The notes: a model not told the origin generated them from the sequence alone. Positions 48,224 through 63,109 are shown, numbered from the whole stretch's first letter. The stretch: 63,560 bases of DNA, filler included, from Octopus bimaculoides (GCF_001194135.2; 4 parts of 4 records of this genome joined end to end with filler, not necessarily neighbours in it), one strand, 5' to 3'. Program-made: numbers and translations.

Positions 48224-48800
48224 TCTGAGTTCAAATTCCGCTGAGGTCGAATTTACCTTTCATCCGTTCGGGGTCGATAAATCAAGTACCAGCTGAGTAC
48301 TAGGGTCGAAATAATCGACTAGTCCCCTCCCACCAAATTTCAGACCTTGTGCCTACAGTAGTAACGAATATTTTATCAATATTAAAGGCAGCGAACTGAC
48401 AGAGACGTTAGCACGCCGGGGCGAAATGCTGAGCGGTATTTCGTCTGTCTTCACGTTCTGAGTTCAAATTCCGCCCAGGTCGACTTTGCTTTTCATCCTT
48501 TCGGGGTCGATAAATTAAGTACCAGTTCCGTACTGGAATCGATCTAATCGACTGGATCCCTCCCTAAAAATTTCAGGCCTTGTGCCTAGAGTAGAAAAGA
48601 ATCGTTAGCACGTCCGGTTAAAACGCTCAGTGGTATTTCGTCTGCCTTTACGTTCTGAGTTCAAATTCCACCGAGGTCGACTTTGCCTTTCATCCTTTCG
48701 AGTTCGATAGAATAAGTACAGTTTAACACTAGGGTCGATGCAATCGAGTTAGCCCCTTCCCCCAAAATTGCTCGCCTTGTGCCAAAATTTGAAATTGATG
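48224..48800 (+). mobile_element. Three head-to-tail SINE family B units
   Basis: Units at ~48224-48370, ~48383-48597 and ~48598-48800, each with GAGTTCAAATTCC. Confidence 0.85.
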
Positions 48801-49399
48801 TTTTTTTACGATCATTTAATACAAAAGAATCAACCAGTAACTTTTTTATTGCTGGCCAGCAATAGAGCATGGACGTGTTTAGCTGTCACTCTCCATCTTT
48901 CGGACTTACACTCGACAGCTCGCTTACATCTATATACCAACGTCCTAACAACTATGCTCACACACACAGAAGCTGTAACAATAAACAAGAGCTAAAGATG
49001 TATATATTTACCACCTGAATAAATGTTGTTTAAGTTGATAGTCTGGAGTTCAGCGTTCCGTTATATTCTTAATTTTATATAGGAAAGTCAGGTATACATC
49101 TAATGATGTATAACCAACTTTCCTATAAGTACATTATTGTTTTAAAAGAGTGAATCATTTTAATAGGAACCTTGTTCCTAGCGTCTACAGTACCGCACCC
49201 CACCACAATTTTCCCAGTCCCCCACCTAACTACATTAGATGGATTTTAAGATGTACCGTTGTTGAACAGTCACGGCTATGACACGGTGGTTAATGCCTTC
49301 AGTATTCACTGGTGGTTGTTTGTTTGGTCCTAGAAGAGGCAAAATTCAGTTGTCATTAATAGTCTAATAGCGACTGTGGGTGCAGGGTGTGTGTGTGTG

Positions 49400-49620
49400 T
49401 GTGTCTTTGAGACCGTATTTGTCCTTCACCACCGCTTGACAACTGGTGTTGGTGTGTTTACATCTCCGTAACTTAACGGTTCGGCAAAAGAAACGGATAG
49501 AATATGTACCAGACTTAAACAAAAAATATTTCCTGGGAACGATCCATTCGTTTGAAAGTTCCTCAAGGCGGTGCCCCAGCATGGCCTCAGTCTAATGACT
49601 GAGACAAGTAAAAAAAAGAT
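49400..49620 (+). mobile_element. SINE family A 3' half
   Basis: Alignment to the other copies. Confidence 0.7.
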
Positions 49621-50221
49621 TAACAGTAGTCCTTACAAAACACTACACACACACACACACAATACGCACAATACACACATACACATGTATATGCGCACAC
49701 AAACACACGCACTTACAGATGCAGATACGCACACACATACACGCACATACACACACGCGCGCGCGCGCACACACAAAAACACACATATATTCCCGACGGG
49801 TTTCCACACAGTTTTCATATATCAAATTCACTTGTAAGGAATTGGCCAGCTTAGGGCCATAATAGAAGAGACATTTATCCCAAGGCGCTGCAAATTGAGA
49901 CTGAAGATTATGATCACACCTGTCGCAGTGGAGAACTCAGGCGTTCTTCCCCCCCCCCTCCTCCCCCACCCCGACCATAACCCTACTCACCGCCAGTGCG
50001 AGGTCATGAGTCAGGGTCACGGTTCCAACGCATCTCTCACCATCCTCCCTAATAACGCTTCTCCCATTTTGTCTCGTGGGACCATTGGACGGTCTGAATT
50101 ACAAGGAAATTGTACCATTTCTTAATGTAAAGTTATTCCATTTATGTTTAGCAATTTGTGCTGCAAGATTCCTAATGTGAAACGCTGTGTTGAAACAGAC
50201 GTTGTTGTATTTCGGGACGGT

Positions 50222-50421
50222 CTTTACTCTTTTACTTGTTTCAGTCATTTGACTGTGGCCATGCTGGAACAGCGCCTTTAGTCGAGCAAATCGACCCCAG
50301 GACTTATTCTATCGGTCTCTTTAGCCGAACCGCTACGTTACGGGGACGTAAACACACCAGCATCGGTTGTCAAGCGATGTTGGGGGGACAAACACAAACA
50401 CACAAACATATATACACAGAG

Positions 50422-50480
<59 letters not shown>

Positions 50481-50580
50481 NNNNNNNNNNNNNNNNNNNN
50501 NNNNNNNNNNNNNNNNNNNNNNNNTTAATTAATTAANNNNNNNNNNNNNNNNNNNNNNNNNNNNNNNNNNNNNNNNNNNN

Positions 50581-50639
<59 letters not shown>

Positions 50640-50840
50640 ATGTGTACACACATATATATATATATATATATATACATATACAAGGGGCTTCTTCCAGTTT
50701 CCGTTTACCAATCACAAGGCTATGGCCGGCCCGTGGCTAAAGTAGAGGACACTTTCCCAAGGTGCCACGCTGTGCAACTGAACCAGGAATCATGTGGTTA
50801 GGAAGCATGATTCTTACCAAACAGTCATGCCTGCGCCTAT
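50222..50840 (-). mobile_element. SINE family A spanning a scaffold gap
   Basis: Tail at 50222-50420, head at 50690-50840. Confidence 0.75.
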
Positions 50841-50904
50841 ATGTATATATACTTTTGTAACGTAACATAAATACTTATATATTTATATATACACACATGT
50901 GCGA

Positions 50905-50959
<55 letters not shown>

Positions 50960-50982
50960 TATATATATATATNNNNNNNNNN

Positions 50983-51013
<31 letters not shown>

Positions 51014-51156
51014 TATATATATATATACAATATTTACTTCGAAATGTAACTGTGTGACAATATCTATGTATTACGATTGGATAAATTAAGGTCAATAGGA
51101 TTAACAAATTGCTCACATCTCATAAAGAATTGTAGTAAATGTTAGTTTCAGACGTG

Positions 51157-51217
<61 letters not shown>

Positions 51218-52200
51218 TAGGGAGATAGAGGGAGGAAGAGAGAGTGACAGACAAACAGACAGACAGAGAGTCAGAGAAGTGGGAGTGAAAAAGAAAAAGA
51301 GTAGAAGAAAGAAGGGGCGGGGAAGATGTGATCCAAAAGAGAAAGGCAATTGTGGTAATGAATGTTGAGTGGAATTAATGAATAAAGATTAATTAACAGG
51401 AAGGAAGTCTTAAAAATTTTAAACAAAACGTCGATCGATCATTACAACGTAAAATAATTTTATTTAAATGANNNNNNNNNNNNNNNNNNNNNNNNNNNNN
51501 NNNNNNNNNNNNNNNNNNNNNNNNNNNNNNNNNNNNNNNNNNNNNNNNNNNNNNNNNNNNNNNNNNNNNNNNNNNNNNNNNNNNNNNNNNNNNNNNNNNN
51601 NNNNNNNNNNNNNNNNNNNNNNNNNNNNNNNNNNNNNNNNNNNNNNNNNNNNNNNNNNNNNNNNNNNNNNNNNNNNNNNNNNNNNNNNNNNNNNNNNNNN
51701 NNNNNNNNNNNNNNNNNNNNNNNNNNNNNNNNNNNNNNNNNNNNNNNNNNNNNNNNNNNNNNNNNNNNNNNNNNNNNNNNNNNNNNNNNNNNNNNNNNNN
51801 NNNNNNNNNNNNNNNNNNNNNNNNNNNNNNNNNNNNNNNNNNNNNNNNNNNNNNNNNNNNNNNNNNNNNNNNNNNNNNNNNNNNNNNNNNNNNNNNNNNN
51901 NNNNNNNNNNNNNNNNNNNNNNNNNNNNNNNNNNNNNNNNNNNNNNNNNNNNNNNNNNNNNNNNNNNNNNNNNNNNNNNNNNNNNNNNNNNNNNNNNNNN
52001 NNNNNNNNNNNNNNNNNNNNNNNNNNNNNNNNNNNNNNNNNNNNNNNNNNNNNNNNNNNNNNNNNNNNNNNNNNNNNNNNNNNNNNNNNNNNNNNNNNNN
52101 NNNNNNNNNNNNNNNNNNNNNNNNNNNNNNNNNNNNNNNNNNNNNNNNNNNNNNNNNNNNNNNNNNNNNNNNNNNNNNNNNNNNNNNNNNNNNNNNNNNN

Positions 52201-52243
<43 letters not shown>

Positions 52244-53289
52244 GTTAGGTCAGACTTGGATAAAATCCTTGGAGAATGCCATGCAAAGCTCATCCTTACT
52301 TATTGACTATCTGATGTCATCAGACAGTGGAAATGTGCCTGCTAGTGGATATACATCTAGAATTCCCTAGTGTTAGTAGAGCTTATCTAAATAGATAAAT
52401 GATAGAAAATGGAATTGATGACGTTCTTTATTTCAATACACTACAATTGTTTCGACACATTCTTACATTGACGAGATGTTGTGTAGTCATTATCGTACGC
52501 CCAATATGTAAAACGTGATTGTTTAAATAAGTCCTTCGTTAGATCATCTCCCTCATATATGTATATATATATATATATATATACATACTTCAGCAATGTA
52601 ACCACACACGTACTGTTGGCGAATTGTTTTCTTTCTTTGAAATTTTCCTTTTTCTCCCTTCCGACAAAGAGTTATGCTCGAAACGTCAAACTTTCTCTTT
52701 TCACCAAGCTTCAAGCCAATACATTCCATTCACACGTCTCTAGTTATTCCTTAATTTAATAATTAATTATTTTTTTGTAGTGATGGTTTATTTAATTGAC
52801 TATCTATATAATATATATATGTGTATTTGTTCTTACATAATACATACATGNNNNNNNNNNNNNNNNNNNNNNNNNNNNNNNNNNNNNNNNNNNNNNNNNN
52901 NNNNNNNNNNNNNNNNNNNNNNNNNNNNNNNNNNNNNNNNNNNNNNNNNNNNNNNNNNNNNNNNNNNNNNNNNNNNNNNNNNNNNNNNNNNNNNNNNNNN
53001 NNNNNNNNNNNNNNNNNNNNNNNNNNNNNNNNNNNNNNNNNNNNNNNNNNNNNNNNNNNNNNNNNNNNNNNNNNNNNNNNNNNNNNNNNNNNNNNNNAAA
53101 TGTGTTTTTTTTTTTTGATAATGATAATTTACATATAAACTGAGAAGAGAAGAAAAAAACTAAAAGAGAAAGTTTTGTGCATTAACCTAAAAATATTTTT
53201 CGTTTGTATTTTGATTTTTGTGAAAGCATTTGAAAAACCTCATGCAAATATAGATTTGGTACCATATTAATAAACTATCATAATATTAG

Positions 53290-53474
53290 TTTCAAATTTT
53301 GGCACAAGGCCAGCGACTTCGGGAGTCGGGGCAAGTCGATTACATCGACCCAAGTATGCGACTGGTTCTTACCAATCTCGAAAGTATAAATGGCAAAGTC
53401 GACTTCGGTGGAATTTGAACTCAGAAAGCATGCATTTTGCCCGGGGTTCCAACGATTTCTTCCAGCTCGTCGTC

Positions 53475-53532
<58 letters not shown>

Positions 53533-53675
53533 TCCTTTCTACTATAGGCATAAGGCCTGAAATTTGGGGGAAGAGATTAGCCAGTTACATCGATCCCAGT
53601 GTTGCACAGGTATTTAATTTATCGACCCCGAAAGGATAAAAGGCAAAGTCGACCTCGGCAGAATTTGAACTCAGA
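53290..53675 (-). mobile_element. Two SINE family B copies separated by (AAT)n
   Basis: 53290-53475 and 53540-53675. Confidence 0.75.
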
Positions 53676-54995
53676 AAGTCTCCGTGTTGAGTCTGAGGCC
53701 ATGTGGGAAGCTGAATGGAGGTATAACGATGCCATAACTATGATGTTGACTGGATGTTTGATTTCTATCACTCTCGGTCCATGTCCTCAGATCGACACCT
53801 AAACAGTCTGATATGTTCATATTGAAGCTTCGGGTACGAATGCCAAGCAGTACAGCATGTCATTTTCAAATTTCTGGCAGAGTGAATTGCTTTCGTGGTA
53901 CTGTTTTTCTCACAGATCATGTCCAACTGACCCTACTCTACTGTGTAGTTGACAAAATCAAAAACAAACAATGCGAAATTGAAAATATAAAATGTCGACA
54001 AATTTACCTATCACACCCTGTGTATATATATGTATACGCACACACACACACGTATATATANNNNNNNNNNNNNNNNNNNNNNNNNNNNNNNNNNNNNNNN
54101 NNNNNNNNNNNNNNNNNNNNNNNNNNNNNNNNNNNNNNNNNNNNNNNNNNNNNNNNNNNNNNNNNNNNNNNNNNNNNNNNNNNNNNNNNNNNNNNNNNNN
54201 NNNNNNNNNNNNNNNNNNNNNNNNNNNNNNNNNNNNNNNNNNNNNNNNNNNNNNNNNNNNNNNNNNNNNNNNNNNNNNNNNNNNNNNNNNNNNNNNNNNN
54301 NNNNNNNNNNNNNNNNNNNNNNNNNNNNNNNNNNNNNNNNNNNNNNNNNNNNNNNNNNNNNNNNNNNNNNNNNNNNNNNNNNNNNNNNNNNNNNNNNNNN
54401 NNNNNNNNNNNNNNNNNNNNNNNNNNNNNNNNNNNNNNNNNNNNNNNNNNNNNNNNNNNNNNNNNNNNNNNNNNNNNNNNNNNNNNNNNNNNNNNNNNNN
54501 NNNNNNNNNNNNNNNNNNNNNNNNNNNNNNNNNNNNNNNNNNNNNNNNNNNNNNNNNNNNNNNNNNNNNNNNNNNNNNNNNNNNNNNNNNNNNNNNNNNN
54601 NNNNNNNNNNNNNNNNNNNNNNNNNNNNNNNNNNNNNNNNNNNNNNNNNNNNNNNNNNNNNNNNNNNNNNNNNNNNNNNNNNNNNNNNNNNNNNNNNNNN
54701 NNNNNNNNNNNNNNNNNNNNNNNNNNNNNNNNNNNNNNNNNNNNNNNNNNNNNNNNNNNNNNNNNNNNNNNNNNNNNNNNNNNNNNNNNNNNNNNNNNNN
54801 NNNNNNNNNNNNNNNNNNNNNNNNNNNNNNNNNNNNNNNNNNNNNNNNNNNNNNNNNNNNNNNNNNNNNNNNNNNNNNNNNNNNNNNNNNNNNNNNNNNN
54901 NNNNNNNNNNNNNNNNNNNNNNNNNNNNNNNNNNNNNNNNNNNNNNNNNNNNNNNNNNNNNNNNNNNNNNNNNNNNNNNNNNNNNNNNNNNNNNN

Positions 54996-55026
<31 letters not shown>

Positions 55027-55697
55027 TATATGAATATATCATATATATATACATATCACATATTTATATCCCTTTCCTTTATTATGAGATTAGGTATAAC
55101 TGAAAGTGAGGAGATTGAGCTCTTATTTCTAGCAGTAGAAACTTATTCTCCGTTCTGTTGCTCGCATCGTATTATATAAATATCTTGATAATTAATAACT
55201 GGTTAAAAACGAACTGAAACTGTAAAATATTGATTATGGACTGTAACAGCTGTAATAATGCTCTGCGTTGTTCATGTGGACATTAAGTCACTACATAATC
55301 ACGGTTAAGCTACTAAGTTAACATATGCATATAGAGTACACACTCATACACAAATACGTGTATATGAACGTATGTGTGGGTGTGAGAGAGGGAGAGAGAG
55401 AGGAGGAAGAGGAGGAGGAGAGAGAGGGAGAATGTGCATGCCTTCGTGTTTTGGGGGTTGCAATCGCGATCGCAAGTTCGTGGTTTCGATTCCAAGACTT
55501 GCTGTACTTTGTGCTGTTGAGCAGAATGCTTCATTTCACGTTGCTACAGGTCACACAGCTGCAAATGGGTAAACATGTGACTGTGAGGAAGCGCACTGTG
55601 ACCAGCGGTGTTGAGCCACATCCGATAGTCCAGTCGTGACAGTGGTGTATATATACATATGTGCGTGTCTGTGTGTGTGTGTGTGTGTGTGTACGTG

Positions 55698-55728
<31 letters not shown>

Positions 55729-55994
55729 NNNNNNNNNNNNNNNNNNNNNNNNNNNNNNNNNNNNNNNNNNNNNNNNNNNNNNNNNNNNNNNNNNNNNNNN
55801 NNNNNNNNNNNNNNNNNNNNNNNNNNNNNNNNNNNNNNNNNNNNNNNNNNNNNNNNNNNNNNNNNNNNNNNNNNNNNNNNNNNNNNNNNNNNNNNNNNNN
55901 NNNNNNNNNNNNNNNNNNNNNNNNNNNNNNNNNNNNNNNNNNNNNNNNNNNNNNNNNNNNNNNNNNNNNNNNNNNNNNNNNNNNNNNNNNNNNN

Positions 55995-56028
<34 letters not shown>

Positions 56029-56182
56029 TATATATAATCGAGAGAAGAAAATGCAGAACTAATGGTTAATATATACCTATTTACTTTAGGAATATTTTTT
56101 CCCAATGATATAAGGTATAAAATCAGTGTAATCTTGGATGTAATCATCTCTTCACGAGGTTATTATATCCTCGCATTACATT

Positions 56183-56218
<36 letters not shown>

Positions 56219-57002
56219 ATACCTTTACCTAAAGGTATGCTTACACTTATGAGTGAATAAAAGCAAGTGTATCTGGTATTGTCACTGTGTAGCAAAACCT
56301 AAAGCCGTTCTAAATATGCCCATCCTTTCAATTCAACAATTCCGTTAATCTGTACATTATCCAACGTTCTTTTCCTCAATAAAGCCAATTAATCTCCAAA
56401 GCATTTTCATAAGGTTAACCTAAACATCCATGATTGCCCTTTTGTTTTTTATCATACGTCCTAATTAATATAAAGTTTTCCTTTCATAGGTCTCAAACTC
56501 ATCTGATGTTTAAAAAACAAATTGTACTTGCGTCTCATATATGATTTATGGACATAAAGGAAATACGCCCTGCATATTATATGCGATACACAGGACTAGC
56601 AATAGGGTTGAAGTATCACATGACCATGATTTAGCTGCTATTTCTAAGAGGTCGTGTGGTACACAGCCTGGACAATTACCGCAAGCCGTATGTTCAACAG
56701 CTTAACAATTCTGCAAATCGATTTCCTTAGATGATTAAATATTAGCGGTACATCCTTTCCGTGACAGGTACACGTAACCTCATGACTAATTAATGTTTTT
56801 TGTTAATTAATTCTGCTTCAAACAATGGGGAGAAATGTCCATTATGTTTACTTAATGACAGGCGTAGTCTTGTGAGTATGATTAAGAAGCTCGCTTTGCA
56901 ATCAAATGGACTCAGGTTCAATCTCATTGCACAGCATCATGAACGGTTGTCTTCATTTATAATCTCCGGCTGACCAGACTAAATTTGTTCCACGGAAACC
57001 CG

Positions 57003-57064
<62 letters not shown>

Positions 57065-57659
57065 GAACATGTAAAATTACGATGTGGTTGTTTGGAACTT
57101 TGCAATGGAGGTTCCAAAAGAAATAAGATGCTCGATCACCGGATAGCTAGAGGAACACTTTATTACATTCTGTGAGAGGACTTATATCATAGGAACATTC
57201 AGTGTAGAGCTCCAAACAGTCACAATGGTGAAACGTACGTAGGAACAAATGATATAAACTTGGCTTTCTCATTAATTATACTACTTTATATGATATCAAG
57301 TTATAAGACTAAGCATAGTAGTAACCTAAAGACTATACTGGAAGCAGACTGGACATTGATAATCTACACAGAGCTCATCAGTAGCAGTTTATATCTAATT
57401 TTAAACATAACATATCATGTGAGTGTGTGTTTGTGTCTGTGCGTGTGCATGTGTGTGTGTTCGCGTGTGTGTATTTGTGTGTCTGTTTGCGTGTGTATGT
57501 GTTTTTGTGTGTGTGTATTTGCGTGTATATGCGTCATTGTGCGTGTATGTGTGTGTTTGTGTTTGAGTACGTGTGTGTGTTTATGAATGTGTGTGTGTGT
57601 TTGTGTATGTGTGTGTGAATGTGTCCACCACTTCGTTTTCATGATCCTCTTAAGAAGTA

Positions 57660-57940
57660 TCTCATTTTATGTGCTGTGCATCCCACTCGGTTCGAACCCT
57701 CAAGCTGTTAATCGGAAGGCATGAAAGCCCGTGCGATGCTGGTGTAGAGTACTTTGAAACGGTACACAAAACACTGCATGAAGAGAGGCAAAGACGTCAT
57801 CATGAACCCTCCGCAACTGTTACACGGGGTCATTCTGAATGTCCTGAATGCCACAGGATCAGCCTACCTTGCATCTGTCCAATCAGCCACATCCGCTCCT
57901 ATGAGAAACGACGTGCTGGAGACAGAGGAGAATGAATGTC
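57660..57940 (+). mobile_element. RTE/BovB-type LINE 3' end with terminal C2H2-like motif
   Basis: GVEYFE...EERQRRH...CPECHRISLPCICPISHIRSY, matching the G..FE...EEKR.RR...CP.C.R.C.SRIGL.SH.R.H tail. Confidence 0.6.
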
Positions 57941-59104
57941 TTGGATCGACACTGTCATCACCTTGGGTGGCCTTGAATGGGCAAGTATGTGTGTGTGTGT
58001 GTGTGTGTGTGCGTATCTGTGTTTGTTCATGCAATCAATGGTGTTTCTTTTATGTCTCCTCAACTGGTGGTTCGGCAAATGTTACGAACAGAATAAACTC
58101 CACGCGATGCACCAGCATGGCCACAGTTGAATGATTACACCAAATAAAAGAAAAAAAGGCACAATGCAATGAAGGACAATTATTGACGTAAACCCTTGAG
58201 CACGCTTGGGTTGCTGTGGTTTTTGTTTGGCCTCTGCAAGGCTATGCACAGTCTTGACCTTTACATTATATCGTCAATGACTAGGACAGACCACATGTAT
58301 CGTAGGAAAACAAAACTTGCTTTCTTGCGTAACAAACAAGAATGTTTACGATTCTATTAACAAGTATTATCTAGTTACGGTCTTTACTATATTCTGCGTT
58401 CAAACCCTTTCTGAGTTGTCTTTACATTTCAGTTATCCTGGGGTCGATAAAATAATTAGTTGTTATTTACTGAAGCCGCAATTAATCAATACAGACGCCA
58501 CCCTCCACCTTCAAAACAAATACGAAAAAAGATCAACATAGCTGATTAACCGTTCGGGACAGCCTTGACGAAGAAAAAGGTCACAGTTGTTTTTTTTTAC
58601 TCTATTTATAAATATATAGTTAATCAATAGTTATTGCTTGTCAGGACGTGTTGCTCTGTACAGGAATTATTTTCATTATGAAAGCTTTGGTTTTGAGGTC
58701 AGACTATCTATAATAGTTCTTCAGGATTAAGTAATTTTATTTTAGTAGCTAAAGTTGCGTGATGTAAATGCTCACCAAACTAACCTCGATAGAGCAAACT
58801 TAAAATTCAGTGACAGTGAAACCTTGAAAACCTCGTAGCATTGCGATGGACCTTCCGTCTGTGTCAGTAACAAGCATTTTGCTTTCGATCAGATAAACTA
58901 TTTGTTTAATTAATATTGTTAGTGGCTGAGTGTTCCATAGACAAAAATACTCTTAGAAAAATCCTCAAACCTGATTTGGCCGAAAAGAAAAAATAACAAT
59001 ATTTGGTTTTTGAATTACAGATATACTTTACTATCTAACCCACCGTCTTCCGAACATTCTGCATTTGTACAATCCTGACAGACGTACATGTATACCTACA
59101 TACA

Positions 59105-59149
<45 letters not shown>

Positions 59150-59186
59150 ACACACACACGTATATATACATACGTGTATGTATATA

Positions 59187-59224
<38 letters not shown>

Positions 59225-60389
59225 AAGATAGATAGACGTGTATATATGCACACATATCTATCTATTTATCTANNNNNNNNNNNNNNNNNNNNNNNNNNNN
59301 NNNNNNNNNNNNNNNNNNNNNNNNNNNNNNNNNNNNNNNNNNNNNNNNNNNNNNNNNNNNNNNNNNNNNNNNNNNNNNNNNNNNNNNNNNNNNNNNNNNN
59401 NNNNNNNNNNNNNNNNNNNNNNNNNNNNNNNNNNNNNNNNNNNNNNNNNNNNNNNNNNNNNNNNNNNNNNNNNNNNNNNNNNNNNNNNNNNNNNNNNNNN
59501 NNNNNNNNNNNNNNNNNNNNNNNNNNNNNNNNNNNNNNNNNNNNNNNNNNNNNNNNNNNNNNNNNNNNNNNNNNNNNNNNNNNNNNNNNNNNNNNNNNNN
59601 NNNNNNNNNGATAATTCTAACAATATCTGATAATTCAAACTTTTGAAAATGCAGACAATAGCGCATTAATTACTGTAACAAATGAATTGAGAAAGGAATA
59701 AACCAGTTCATGAAAGTAGTTCACTGACTTGTCTTTCCTTGTTATTGCCACACACTTTTATGATAGAAAATACCAATAGCTTGGCAGAAAGGCGAAATAA
59801 AAGACAAAACAAACAAAAACACAAAAAGGAAAACATACGTGACAGAGGACAGTATTGTTTGCTATGTTATTATTGTTTTTTTTTGTTTTTTTTTTTTGAA
59901 TAGAAGCATATCTTGAGAAAATATTTCGGAATTGACTTAACAATATTGAAAGAAAAAGACATGAAAATCTAATTTAATATATATATTGTTTTTCGCTCGT
60001 TTTCATTTTTTTTTTTCACGTGAAGAAACTAAAGTCAATATTTATTAATCGAGGATGAAATTTAAGTCTAATCGAAAATGCAAGCTGCATTCCTTGGTAT
60101 AATTCTTGATGACTATTTGTCAATGATCGTTATAGTGTTGCAGTATATTTTTTTGTTAAATTTACCAAGGAAATATGGATTCTTTGTTTAATTTACATAT
60201 GAAAAATGGCCGAAGTAAACCTGAAAAACAACAACAACAAAGATACAGAACATAACTGATCGCACCCGCTCAGCTGCTGACATCCAGTCAACTCTTTACA
60301 AGTGGCCTACTGTTCACACCAAGTCATTTTTTTTATTAGTCCATGGATCAAAAAAGAATTTGTAAACACTTTTTCAGCCACTGTCTTCA

Positions 60390-60650
60390 TCTACAGCTGC
60401 ATAAACGGCACAGCATGCCGTTTCTGCTGTCTTTTCCATGCTGGGAATAAGCTTACCAAACCACACCGGTCAATGGCAAGGTGAAACGGGTGGTCCAACA
60501 ACTATGCAGAATTTCGGCGTAAAATACAAAGAGAACGATTTATGATCCACACGCCTGTCCGCAAGGATGGTCAAGAGCACAACCAGAGCCTGTGGAATGT
60601 GCTCATATCACTTACCTGTGGACGCAAGATCATATCTCTTTCAAAGTTCC
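60390..60650 (+). mobile_element. Possible gypsy integrase remnant
   Basis: Frameshifted YQTTPVNGKVKRVVQQL and LTCGRK weakly resemble YHPQ.NG.VER and ..FGR. Confidence 0.3.
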
Positions 60651-60859
60651 CAGTACACCTTAAGAGTAGCTTTGTCATATAGTTGTATCTACTCTTTATG
60701 TGTTAACTGTAAGCAACCACTGATAATGTGACGTACATTTTCTGCCTCCTACCCACACTTTTTGCACACTGGTGACTCTGATGTATGTTCGATAGAGTAC
60801 CTGACATAGTTTATTCTCAACGCTTGGCTTTTGGGTATCAAAAGACTATCCCTGCGGTC

Positions 60860-60944
<85 letters not shown>

Positions 60945-60946
<2 letters not shown>

Positions 60947-61029
60947 AGCGGTGAGCTGGCAGAATCGTTAGCACGTCGGGCAAAAGGCTTAGCGGTATTT
61001 CGTTGGTCTTTCGTCATGAGTTCAAATTC
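60945..61029 (+). mobile_element. SINE family B head after (ATT)n; runs into a gap
   Basis: AAAGCGGTGAGCTGGCAGAATCGTTAGC...GAGTTCAAATTC. Confidence 0.75.
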
Positions 61030-63109
61030 NNNNNNNNNNNNNNNNNNNNNNNNNNNNNNNNNNNNNNNNNNNNTTAATTAATTAANNNNNNNNNNNNNNN
61101 NNNNNNNNNNNNNNNNNNNNNNNNNNNNNATATATATATATATATATATATACACATAGGTATGTATGCCCCTCTATACATACATATATGTTATGAGGTC
61201 ATAGGAATCAAGGCACATCAACACGGAGGACGCTGGAAATGGCTAGGTGCGATAACATAGAGTTTTTAATGAAATACACACTATTGAAGGTATCAAGTGT
61301 TGGTAGGATACTGTAGATATGCAAGTACCAAATCCAATTTACGCACTAGATCCGTCTCAGGGGTGGATATTTGGTGTAGCGTAAGTATAAAAACTAAATA
61401 GTAGTTCTTCCCAGTCGGGGTGACTATTTGTGGTGGTGATGATATTCTTTGCAGTTCAAGGTCACCAATGTAACAGTTGGTATCATGTTATATGTTGGAG
61501 TTGGCAGTTAGCGATTGTAACGCGTGTTGCTGTTGCAGATGTGCAAGATGAATGAAGAACAGTGATCGAAGTTGTAAAGAAATATTTATTTACCGTTACT
61601 TTGTATAATACCATGCCTCGACGGGCAGATGTGATATAATTGAAAGAGCATGCGAGGTTAAGGAAGTTAATTTCGGCCTGTATGTGTGTACACGTTCTTA
61701 TTGTAGTAGTAAATCATAGATAATGATATAATGATGTAAGAGAAAAAAAAACTAAGTTAGTGAAAGTTACAGAGTTGAGGGACGTTGTGTCTCATAGTTG
61801 GCTGATTTTGACCTTCTTTCTCCCTCTGGCCGTTTGGTTTCAAGTGACTGCCTGCTTGTGGCCATGATTCTAGTTGTCCGTTCACTAACTAATTTTGCCT
61901 TGCCAAATTCTAGTATTCATAATTATCNNNNNNNNNNNNNNNNNNNNNNNNNNNNNNNNNNNNNNNNNNNNNNNNNNNNNNNNNNNNNNNNNNNNNNNNN
62001 NNNNNNNNNNNNNNNNNNNNNNNNNNNNNNNNNNNNNNNNNNNNNNNNNNNNNNNNNNNNNNNNNNNNNNNNNNNNNNNNNNNNNNNNNNNNNNNNNNNN
62101 NNNNNNNNNNNNNNNNNNNNNNNNNNNNNNNNNNNNNNNNNNNNNNNNNNNNNNNNNNNNNNNNNNNNNNNNNNNNNNNNNNNNNNNNNNNNNNNNNNNN
62201 NNNNNNNNNNNNNNNNNNNNNNNNNNNNNNNNNNNNNNNNNNNNNNNNNNNNNNNNNNNNNNNNNNNNNNNNNNNNNNNNNNNNNNNNNNNNNNNNNNNN
62301 NNNNNNNNNNNNNNNNNNNNNNNNNNNNNNNNNNNNNNNNNNNNNNNNNNNNNNNNNNNNNNNNNNNNNNNNNNNNNNNNNNNNNNNNNNNNNNNNNNNN
62401 NNNNNNNNNNNNATATATATATATATATAAAAGATGTGTGTGTACACTTATGTGTGTGTAGGTGTATGTGTATGTGTGTGTGTGTGTGTGTGTAATAGAA
62501 ATTGCTTGCACAAATATATGTACGACTGCTACTGTTATGTTTAGAGTTCCACGTAGATTATCATCATCGAGTCTACTTCCAGTATAGTGGTTAAGTAACT
62601 ACTATACTGCGTAGTGTTACTAGGTATGAGCTACAGAGAGCAAATGTAGGAGAAATAAGAATAAACACAAGTTTGTAATATAGTTCCGAAGCGCGTTTCA
62701 CCATTATGCTTACTTGGAACCATGGTGGTGAAACGTGCGAAGGAACTATGATATAAGCTTGTGCCTATCCTCGTTTCTCTTATATACACACACACGCGCG
62801 CGCATTTATACATATTTATACGAGTATATGTTTATGCATATACATATGTATGTATGTATGTATGTATGTGCGCGCACACACACACATATATATTGTCGAG
62901 TAACGAATAGGAGTACTCAATAGATAGGTAGAGTGGAATAGTTTATTTCAGCCGGTCTAGTGCCCTGCTGCTACACCGTGCCGTCACTTCTTCAGAGTAC
63001 TCGATATTGGTGCCAGGTCAAATAAAGAATACATACATACCTACATGTGTGTGTGTGTGCGTGCGTGTGTGTGTGTGCGTGTGTGTGTGTACGCGCGCGT
63101 GTATTTAAG

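Noticed and set aside
48224-48800. CRISPR-like repeat/spacer appearance
   Set aside because: Units are ~200-bp SINE copies without unique spacers, in a eukaryotic context.
52436-52500. Minus-strand GAAAC-AATT-GTA with palindromic stem III, hammerhead-like
   Set aside because: No credible CTGANGA core or stem II upstream.
60560-60690. Strong minus-strand donor CAG|GTAAGT at ~60613-60618 suggesting an exon
   Set aside because: The only open frame hits TAA just after the best upstream acceptor, no partner exons are found, and the region may be an integrase remnant.
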